Source: Candidatus Saccharimonadales bacterium
Lineage (GTDB): Bacteria > Patescibacteriota > Saccharimonadia > Saccharimonadales > JACDFO01
Assembly (NCBI GenBank): GCA_038255465.1
Contig: JBBSLJ010000006.1
Span: 1 to 53,531 of the forward strand
DNA length: 53,531 bases
Direction: 5' to 3'
Made by a program: the position numbers and the translations under genes. The notes below the pieces were generated by a model that was not told where the DNA came from, ran no database searches, and saw only the letters and a list, made by a program, of their open reading frames with translations. Each line of letters starts with the position of its first letter. Position 1 is the stretch's first letter. Of the stretch, positions 46,248 through 53,531 are shown in pieces.

Positions 46248-48212
46248 ATGGCTAATTTTGTACTGAAATCTGACTATAAGCCGACGGGCGACCAACCGTC
46301 GGCGATTGCCAAACTGACTGAAGGTATTGAAAAAAATGTCAAAGAGCAGGTTCTGCTTGGGGTTACAGGGTCTGGCAAAACATTTACCATGGCTAACGTT
46401 ATTCAGAATATTCAGAAACCGACGCTGATACTTAGCCACAACAAGACGTTAGCGGCCCAGCTTTATGGTGAGTTTAAGAAGTTCTTCCCAGACAACGCAG
46501 TTCATTATTTTGTAAGTTATTTCGACTACTACCAACCCGAAGCCTATATCCCACGCAGCGATACCTATATTGAGAAAGATTCGCAAATAAATGAGGAAAT
46601 AGACCGGCTTAGGCACGCTGCGACCGACTCGTTGCTCAGCCGACGTGACGTAATTATTGTTGCAAGTGTCAGCTGTATCTACGGCATTGGTTCTGTAGAG
46701 GATTATAACGGCTTGGCGGTACATGTTAAGCGCGGTGAGCGACGGGTGCGGGATAAGCTTTTACGTCATCTTACCGACATTCAATATACACGAAATGATG
46801 TAGACTTTCACCGCGGAACATTCAGAGTTCGTGGTGATGTGGTAGATATTTTTCCAGCCAGTGAAGAAGTTGCTTACCGCGTGGAAATGTTCGGAGATGA
46901 AATTGAGCGCATCACAAAAGTAGACCCATTAACAGGTGAAATAGTAGCCACGCTAGACGAGCTTAAGGTATTCCCAAGCAGTCATTACGTTACGCCGCAA
47001 GATAAGCTCAAAGTTGCCCTTGGCCAAATTGAGCACGAGCTCGAAGAGCGACTACATTTTTTTAAACAGAATGGTCAATTGCTTGAGGCGCAGCGTCTGC
47101 AACAGCGAACTAATTTCGATTTAGAAATGTTGCAGGAAACCGGCTTTGTAAAAGGTATCGAAAACTACAGTCGTTACTTAACGAATCGTGAGTCTGGTGA
47201 TCAGCCGGCAACCTTACTTGACTACTTTCCAGATGACTACATGCTGTTTGTCGATGAGTCACACATGAGTCTGCCGCAGGTTCGCGGCATGTTTAATGGT
47301 GACCGGGCACGCAAAGAAGTGCTAGTGGAGCACGGCTTTCGTCTGCCGAGTGCGCTCGATAACCGGCCCTTGACATTCACCGAGTTTGAAAAGCATGTTA
47401 ATAAAGTAGTCTATGTCAGTGCAACCCCTGCAGAATATGAGCTTAGTCGTAGCCCCGAGCCAGCTCAGCAGGTTATTCGCCCTACTGGCTTAATTGATCC
47501 TAAAATTGCCGTCCGGCCAATAGAGGGACAAATTGACGATCTTATCCATGAAATTAAACTTACTATCGCAAAGCATCAGCGCGTACTAATAACCACGTTA
47601 ACAAAACGGATGGCCGAAGATCTTACGGAGTATTTGCAAGAAATAAATATAAAAGTAACCTATTTGCACAGTGATGTTGACACATTAGATCGTACCGATA
47701 TTCTCCGTGACCTTCGGTTGGGAACGTATGACGTCGTAGTTGGTATCAACCTGCTGCGTGAAGGCCTGGATTTACCGGAAGTAAGCTTAGTCGCAATTCT
47801 TGACGCCGATAAAGAGGGGTTTTTGCGGTCCGAGCAGGCGCTTATACAGACAGTTGGGCGGGCAGCTCGACATGTTGAAGGTCGGGTTATTATGTATGCC
47901 AACAACATTACTAAAAGCATGCAAAAAACTTTTGATGAAACTGACCGCCGCCGCACTATTCAGGAGGCCTATAATAAAGAGCACAAGATAACACCAACAG
48001 GTATTTCAAAGGCAATTGAAAAGGGCATGCGACCTGATATGCCTGAAGATTCCAAACGAGTCAAATTGAATTTAAATAAAATTCCAAAAGACGAATACGC
48101 ACACTTGATCAAAGACCTATCAGGTCAGATGGATTTGGCGGCTGCCAACCTTGAATTTGAAAAAGCGGCTGAACTTCGTGACATCATAGAAGACGTCAAA
48201 AAGAAGCTATAA
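46248..48212 (+). CDS. uvrB: Excinuclease ABC subunit B
   Basis: [28 protein letters not shown]-terminal UVR domain. Confidence 0.98.
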   Translation: MANFVLKSDYKPTGDQPSAIAKLTEGIEKNVKEQVLLGVTGSGKTFTMANVIQNIQKPTLILSHNKTLAAQLYGEFKKFFPDNAVHYFVSYFDYYQPEAYIPRSDTYIEKDSQINEEIDRLRHAATDSLLSRRDVIIVASVSCIYGIGSVEDYNGLAVHVKRGERRVRDKLLRHLTDIQYTRNDVDFHRGTFRVRGDVVDIFPASEEVAYRVEMFGDEIERITKVDPLTGEIVATLDELKVFPSSHYVTPQDKLKVALGQIEHELEERLHFFKQNGQLLEAQRLQQRTNFDLEMLQETGFVKGIENYSRYLTNRESGDQPATLLDYFPDDYMLFVDESHMSLPQVRGMFNGDRARKEVLVEHGFRLPSALDNRPLTFTEFEKHVNKVVYVSATPAEYELSRSPEPAQQVIRPTGLIDPKIAVRPIEGQIDDLIHEIKLTIAKHQRVLITTLTKRMAEDLTEYLQEINIKVTYLHSDVDTLDRTDILRDLRLGTYDVVVGINLLREGLDLPEVSLVAILDADKEGFLRSEQALIQTVGRAARHVEGRVIMYANNITKSMQKTFDETDRRRTIQEAYNKEHKITPTGISKAIEKGMRPDMPEDSKRVKLNLNKIPKDEYAHLIKDLSGQMDLAAANLEFEKAAELRDIIEDVKKKL

Positions 48213-48234
48213 GCAGGCCTGCTAGAATATAGTA

Positions 48235-49116
48235 ATGCTTAAACAAAAAAAATGGCTTACTTTAGCAGTAATTACTTTTATAGGGCTTTCTGTTTTAGCA
48301 GTCGCACTGTTACTGGTTAACCGAGCGCCAGATCCGCGTCATGAATCCAACCAAAGCCCCCCGCCTGCGGTTTCTGAGCCACAAAACACGACACAGTTCA
48401 CTGCAGAACCAGATAAAGCGCTCGAGGCCCTTTTAGCGAGTCAGGTAGTAGATAGGCCGGGTAAATATGGTATATATGTCCAAGAACTAAACGGCGACAA
48501 ACGTTTTGCGGGCTACCAGGCTAACGAAAAAATTATTGCCGCTAGTACTTTTAAATTATTTCTAATCTATGCCGTATTAGAAAAGGCTGAAAAGACAGGC
48601 TCTTTTAACCTTAGCACGCCTCTTGCGGGCGGAACTGTGTTAAGTTGCATCGAGTCGTTGTTAGTGATATCTTCTGATGCCTGCGCATTTGTTCTTGGCA
48701 AGTTAGTCGGCTGGTCAGCACTAAACTCACGATTGCACGAGGCAGGATTCACTAATACTAATATCAACAATTACACCGAAACAGGTGATACTTCTGGCGA
48801 TAAGTACACCACCGCTTACGATGAAGCTCTTCTTCTCGATCGTTTAGCCAACGGCACATTACTTAATCAAGAACATACTGAGGTAATGACAGGCTTCATG
48901 AAGCGTCAAATTCACCGTCAACGAATTGCCGGTGGTTTGCCAAAGGGAGTTGAAGTAGCCAGCAAACCGGGGTTTATTTATGAAATCGAGAATGACTCAG
49001 GAATTGTATATGGTCCAAAAAGCACCTATGTAGTGGTCCTCCTGTCAGATGGTTCTGAGCCAGCAGTTTTAGCTGAGTTATCGGCCAGTATATACAAGTA
49101 TTTGCACGGGTTATAA
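48235..49116 (+). CDS. Membrane-anchored serine hydrolase (class A beta-lactamase/PBP-like fold)
   Basis: ASTFK (SxxK), SSD, SKPG. N-terminal TM. Confidence 0.85.
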   Translation: MLKQKKWLTLAVITFIGLSVLAVALLLVNRAPDPRHESNQSPPPAVSEPQNTTQFTAEPDKALEALLASQVVDRPGKYGIYVQELNGDKRFAGYQANEKIIAASTFKLFLIYAVLEKAEKTGSFNLSTPLAGGTVLSCIESLLVISSDACAFVLGKLVGWSALNSRLHEAGFTNTNINNYTETGDTSGDKYTTAYDEALLLDRLANGTLLNQEHTEVMTGFMKRQIHRQRIAGGLPKGVEVASKPGFIYEIENDSGIVYGPKSTYVVVLLSDGSEPAVLAELSASIYKYLHGL

Positions 49117-49168
49117 CAGTATCCGTACCAGTACTGTCCTGAATCACCAAACGAATTATGCGCGTATT

Positions 49169-49369
49169 TTATTGGCCACCTTTTTGAACGTACTGTCTGA
49201 CAAATTCTTCGGCGTTAACTTCTAAAACCTCATCAATCTCATCTAGTAGGTCATCTAACTCTGCTTTTACTGCCGCGCCTTTAGCTGCGGCTTCGCCAAT
49301 ATGTTGGGCTGTATCAGTTGGCGTTTCTACTTCTGTCTCGCGTCTTGATTTGTGTATACGTTCTCCCAC
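49169..49369 (-). CDS. pup: Prokaryotic ubiquitin-like protein Pup
   Basis: C-terminus LDDLLDEIDEVLEVNAEEFVRQYVQKGGQ matches actinobacterial Pup. AAGGAG SD and TATACT upstream. Confidence 0.9.
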   Translation of the reverse strand: MGERIHKSRRETEVETPTDTAQHIGEAAAKGAAVKAELDDLLDEIDEVLEVNAEEFVRQYVQKGGQ

Positions 49370-49533
49370 GTGGTAGCTCCTTGTTATTAATGCGCATTAG
49401 TATACTAGCAGGCATAGCGTATGTAAAAACAGATAAGAAAATTGCAAATGTGAAATTCTTCACGGCGCAAACTCTTCAGTATGCGTATTATACGCTCAGA
49501 AACAGAGAGAATATATGTATAAGGAGAGCAGGT

Positions 49534-50088
49534 ATGAGAAAAATGGCAGTCATTGTCGTCGCTACTATTGCGACAGTTGGCATGTGGAATGCGCAAACCG
49601 GCGCACAACAGCAGCCGGCAGGAACGATTCCGCCCGTAGAGAAGACTACCAATGCCCGCCTTGCAGGTGAAACAATTGACGGGATTGAAGTCCCGCACGA
49701 CATTTTGACTGCGGTACAGTTATACTTTCAGGGTTTTGCTGTAACGCAGGCTCATGAAATCGAGCGTGCCGGCAAAAAAGCATATAGACTGCAGGTTGGC
49801 AGTAACAGTGTTGCAAATGATGCAGACAGTTTTTATTTAAACTTTGATGACAAGTGGAAATTTATAACCCAAGAAAAGTTTATACTGCCGCCTAAACCTA
49901 CAGTTGAAACCATCCAACCTGATCAGGATGATAAACCAGAAACGCAAACTCCAGAAAACGATAAGCCTGAAGAGGCACGCAATGACCCAAATCCCACGCT
50001 AGAAGAGCCAACCCAGGATGGCGATAATGATTTAGTCAGCAATGATGAGCCAGTTGTACGCGAACAGGATGACCGGCGTAGACGCTGA
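49534..50088 (+). CDS. Secreted PepSY-like domain protein with an acidic disordered tail
   Basis: AAGGAG SD, signal peptide, VPHDILTAV...YRLQV...LNFDDKWKF. Confidence 0.65.
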   Translation: MRKMAVIVVATIATVGMWNAQTGAQQQPAGTIPPVEKTTNARLAGETIDGIEVPHDILTAVQLYFQGFAVTQAHEIERAGKKAYRLQVGSNSVANDADSFYLNFDDKWKFITQEKFILPPKPTVETIQPDQDDKPETQTPENDKPEEARNDPNPTLEEPTQDGDNDLVSNDEPVVREQDDRRRR

Positions 50089-50217
50089 CACTACTTAGTA
50101 GTAGCGGTACAGTCAACTTACGCCTTGCAAATATAACCCTGAATTTATTTGCGCAAACTGCACATAGTAATTAGACAGTTTGTTACGGAGAAGATTTGCC
50201 CGTATAATCTTATAAAT

Positions 50218-50511
50218 ATGGCGAAGTTAACACACGATGATGTATTAAAGCTGGCTAAACTGGCGCGTTTGGAGCTTACCGAAGAGGAAGTAACCAGTTT
50301 TGCGGAAGAGATTAGCTCTATACTGAAATTTGTTGAACAACTGCATGAAGTGGACGTGAGTGATCTCGAACCCACCCTGCAAGTAAACGGGCTAACTAAC
50401 GTAACTAGATCTGATGACGTTATTGACTATGGGGCCAGTTCCGAAGACCTATTAAAAAACGCACCGGCAGTTAAAGATGACCATATAAAGGTACGAAGGA
50501 TGATAATTTGA
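50218..50511 (+). CDS. gatC: Asp/Glu-tRNA amidotransferase subunit C
   Basis: VLKLAKLARL...NVTRSD...LLKNAP. Confidence 0.93.
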   Translation: MAKLTHDDVLKLAKLARLELTEEEVTSFAEEISSILKFVEQLHEVDVSDLEPTLQVNGLTNVTRSDDVIDYGASSEDLLKNAPAVKDDHIKVRRMII

Positions 50512-51929
50512 GTATCTGGAAGCCTATCGCAGACATTGCAACTGATGTAAAGGCTGGCAATGCCACGGCAGTAGCATTAGTTGAACAATCGCTAAAACTG
50601 ATACAAGAGCAAAAAGACTTTGATGCTATCTTGGCTACAATCCCAAAGAGAGCTCGTGAGCGAGCACAGGAAATTGACAGGCGTATTGCTAATGGTGATG
50701 ACGTGGGCAGGTTAGCTGGTGTGCCATTTATTGCAAAGGATAATTTCTTAACATTCGGTTCTGAAACAACAGCAGCCAGTAATATTCTTAAGGGGTTTCA
50801 GGCTCCCTATCAGGCGACAGCTATCGAGCGGCTCGAGGCCGAAGGTGCAATTTGCGTTGCTAAAGCAAACCTTGATGCCTTTGCGCACGGCGCAAGCACC
50901 GAAAACAGCGATTTTGTTACTACCAAAAACCCACACGACAAAACTCGTGTCCCTGGTGGCTCATCTGGCGGTTCGGCTACTGCTGTAGTGCTTGATTTAG
51001 CACCATTTGCTATCGGTACAGACACGGGTGGGTCAATACGACAGCCGGCAAGTTTTGTAGGGTGTGTAGGATATAAGCCAACGTACGGGTTGGTTTCGCG
51101 AAGTGGTGTAGTTGCGATGGCAAGTAGTACTGATACGATCGGTCCGTTGACGCGTAACGTTCAGGACGCCGCTCTAGTACTTGATATTATTAGCGGTAGG
51201 GACGAACTGGACGGGACTACAATAGCCCGTGAACCCAAGCCTTATAGCGATCTCAAGCCGGAGTTACAAGGTGTCCGGGTTGGAATAATCAAGGAATACA
51301 TGGGCGAGGGTTTGAGTGATGATGTTCGGAATGCAGTTGAAGCAGCAGTAGAAAAATTAAAATCGCGAGGCATTGAGGTTGTTGAAATCAGCGTACCATC
51401 AGTACGGCTTGCACTGGCTGTGTACTACATCATCTGTCCGGCAGAGGTTAGTAGTAATTTGAGCCGTTATGACGGCCAGCGATACGGGTTTTCTGATGAA
51501 ACTGCCGTAAAGTTAGACGATGTATACTTGAAAAGCCGTGGAAAAGGTTTCGGCAAGGAAGCAAAGCGGCGAATAATGATAGGTACCTATGTTCTTAGTA
51601 GCGGCTACTACGATGCTTACTACCGTACTGCCCAGCTTGTCCGCACAAAACTTATACATGAATTTAACGAGGCTTTACATAATGTTGATTTTCTTTTGGG
51701 TCCCGTTACTCCTACAACAGCTTTTAAAATTGGCGCCAACACGAGCGATCCATTGCAGATGTATTTGGCGGATGTCATGACGGTAGCAATTAATCTCGTA
51801 GGTGTACCAGCTATCAGTCTACCTGCGGGCATGGTCAACGGGCTACCAGTTGGTCTTCAGCTAATTGCAGCACAACGGGCAGACAAAAAATTGCTTGAGT
51901 TTGCGGCTAAGGTGGAGGAAATACTATGA
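50508..51929 (+). CDS. gatA: Asp/Glu-tRNA amidotransferase subunit A
   Basis: PGGSSGGS, GTDTGGSIRQPA, KRRIMIGTYVLSSGYYDAYY. Confidence 0.97.
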   Translation: MSIWKPIADIATDVKAGNATAVALVEQSLKLIQEQKDFDAILATIPKRARERAQEIDRRIANGDDVGRLAGVPFIAKDNFLTFGSETTAASNILKGFQAPYQATAIERLEAEGAICVAKANLDAFAHGASTENSDFVTTKNPHDKTRVPGGSSGGSATAVVLDLAPFAIGTDTGGSIRQPASFVGCVGYKPTYGLVSRSGVVAMASSTDTIGPLTRNVQDAALVLDIISGRDELDGTTIAREPKPYSDLKPELQGVRVGIIKEYMGEGLSDDVRNAVEAAVEKLKSRGIEVVEISVPSVRLALAVYYIICPAEVSSNLSRYDGQRYGFSDETAVKLDDVYLKSRGKGFGKEAKRRIMIGTYVLSSGYYDAYYRTAQLVRTKLIHEFNEALHNVDFLLGPVTPTTAFKIGANTSDPLQMYLADVMTVAINLVGVPAISLPAGMVNGLPVGLQLIAAQRADKKLLEFAAKVEEIL

Positions 51930-52324
51930 GAATACCCTTTTTAGGCCCAAAAAAACGCATACATAAAACTGAAAAGTTTGTCGTTACCTGGAAAGAACTT
52001 CAGTCCTACTGTCGCGATAAAACAATGTGGGTGCATGCACTTGTTGAGGCTGATAAACTGCTCAATAAAGCACTGAAGAAGCGCAAGTTTAAGGGCAAAA
52101 GTATGGGTGAACGGCTGGTAAATGCCCAGCGTTTCATTACAGATAATGACGACATTTGGGATGCTCATAATCTTGTTAAAAGACTTATTGATGATCCAGA
52201 TAAAGTCCGGCTTAAAGAAAGCGACGTCAAAGAAACACTAATAAGTTACCGCGAAGCGCTTAAGGATCTCGGAGCCCTGCCTACGGCCAGTAAAGAAAAA
52301 GTGGCTAAAGGGAAGCCGGCGTGA
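51926..52324 (+). CDS. Hypothetical protein between gatA and gatB
   Basis: ALVEADKLL...GKSMGERL...WDAH. Overlaps both neighbours. Confidence 0.75.
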   Translation: MRIPFLGPKKRIHKTEKFVVTWKELQSYCRDKTMWVHALVEADKLLNKALKKRKFKGKSMGERLVNAQRFITDNDDIWDAHNLVKRLIDDPDKVRLKESDVKETLISYREALKDLGALPTASKEKVAKGKPA

Positions 52325-53531
52325 TTGCAGATACTGTACGAAAGCAGTATACGGTAGCCATTGGTATTGAATGCCATGTCCAGCTTAAGACAAAGACCAA
52401 GTTGTTTTCGGCGGCAAGTAATGACGCACGCGAGGCACAGCCCAATACGCTGATTAATCATATCGACCTCGGTATGCCAGGTGCATTGCCGGTGCTTAAT
52501 GAGAAGGCGGTTCAATTAGCTGTGCGGGCGTCCTTTGCCCTGGGTACGACACCTCAAATTTTCAGCAAGTTTGACCGTAAACATTATTTTTATCCTGATT
52601 TGCCAATGGGTTATCAAATAACGCAGTTTTATGACCCCATTATTAAAAATGGTGAAGTTAAGATTATGGTCGATGGCAAACAAAAGCGTGTTGGAGTTCA
52701 TGAAGCTCATCTTGAAGCCGACGCCGGTAAAAGCATTCACCCAGCAGGTGAGGATTATAGCTTAATTGACCTTAACCGAGCTGGCACGCCACTACTTGAG
52801 ATTGTATCTGATCCGGATATGCACACCAGTGAGGAGGCTAAAATATACGCCAAAGAATTATGGCTCAGAATGCGCTACGCGGGCGTGTCTGACGCAAATC
52901 TGTATTACGGTAATATGCGTTTTGACGTAAACGTATCGGTTAGCAAAACAGAGAATCTCGGTACAAGAACGGAAACTAAGAACCTAAATTCATTCCGAAG
53001 TGTGGAACGGGCTATTGAGTTTGAGATCGAACGTCAAATCGGGCTAGTAGAGCAAGGCGAAAAAATAGTCCAGGAAACGCGCGGCTGGGATGAGGCCAAG
53101 CAACTAACATTTAGCCAGCGAAGTAAAGAAGAAGCACATGATTATAGATACATGCCCGACCCTGACATACCACCCGTAGTACTCGACAGTGCATTAATAC
53201 AGCAAATCCAGGAAAGTATGCCGCCCATGCCCGATGAATATCGTAAGCTTTTTAAAAGCCTCGGGCTTGACGAAACATCTATTGAAAAGGCGATTGACGA
53301 CCCGCGTACAGGGGCTTTTATCCAGCATATTCTTACGGGGTCTAACGAGGACCATGCACGCCGCGTGGCATTATGGATGGTCAATATAGTCGATTCACAA
53401 GATACTGGGACTGCCGAACCGGTCTGGAAGCTTACTACTGAAAACGCAATAAAATTATCCGAGATGGTGGCTAACAATGAGCTTAGTTCCACGGCTGCGA
53501 AAGAAATCTGGAATGATATATGGAAAAATGA
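52321..53531 (+). CDS. gatB: Asp/Glu-tRNA amidotransferase subunit B (runs off the window end; absent from the ORF track)
   Basis: From GTG 52321: IGIECHVQL, PGALPVLN, FDRKHYFYPDLP, HLEADAGK, LNRAGTPLLEIVS, ETKNLNSF, YRYMPDPD. Confidence 0.96.
   Translation, partial: MIADTVRKQYTVAIGIECHVQLKTKTKLFSAASNDAREAQPNTLINHIDLGMPGALPVLNEKAVQLAVRASFALGTTPQIFSKFDRKHYFYPDLPMGYQITQFYDPIIKNGEVKIMVDGKQKRVGVHEAHLEADAGKSIHPAGEDYSLIDLNRAGTPLLEIVSDPDMHTSEEAKIYAKELWLRMRYAGVSDANLYYGNMRFDVNVSVSKTENLGTRTETKNLNSFRSVERAIEFEIERQIGLVEQGEKIVQETRGWDEAKQLTFSQRSKEEAHDYRYMPDPDIPPVVLDSALIQQIQESMPPMPDEYRKLFKSLGLDETSIEKAIDDPRTGAFIQHILTGSNEDHARRVALWMVNIVDSQDTGTAEPVWKLTTENAIKLSEMVANNELSSTAAKEIWNDIWKN

Noticed and set aside
48235-49116. 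Beta-lactam resistance gene
   Set aside because: It has SSD instead of SDN, no clear omega-loop Glu, and a membrane anchor. A cell-wall-related serine hydrolase is more likely.
49318-49533. N-terminal extension of the 49318..50088 ORF overlapping pup
   Set aside because: The SD and signal peptide place the start at 49534.
1-53531. CRISPR array, rRNA, transposase/integrase, reverse transcriptase, alternative genetic code
   Set aside because: I saw no repeat-spacer array or such genes. Conserved genes are intact under code 11, and TGA acts as a stop (for example pheS, gatC, gatA).

Overview
This looks like a 53.5-kb chromosomal window from a Patescibacteria/CPR bacterium, most likely Saccharibacteria. 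That call is inferred from the compact gene packing, the many leaderless genes, the split transketolase and the CPR-type hypothetical proteins. The genetic code is the standard one. Positions 1-7.2 kb are accessory: orphan ORFs, a WXG100-like tandem pair, a leader-peptide attenuator before an Asp/Glu racemase operon, and a small islet at tRNA-Gln(CTG). The rest is mostly housekeeping: a SAM-I riboswitch with split metE and metK, ccdA/thioredoxin, ABC transporters, Zur/ZIP, rmuC, a GH63-like hydrolase, pyrC/pyrD, pheST, trxB, ppa-gap-rpiB-rpe-tkt-fba-pfkB, uvrB and gatCAB. The most striking unexplained element is the roughly 1.08-kb gap after pheT. It holds a promoter followed by a GC-rich RNA of about 800-850 nt, closed by two nested long-range helices and packed with hairpins. 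Inside it is a 50-aa Cys/Arg/Gly-rich ORF resembling a zinc knuckle, missed by the ORF track, behind a perfect Shine-Dalgarno sequestered in a hairpin. Other highlights are an orphan Actinobacteria-type Pup gene with no pupylation or proteasome genes in the window, and a candidate ~140-nt sRNA whose loop is a degenerate (UUAG)x8 repeat. All structures were paired by eye, and no database searches were run.
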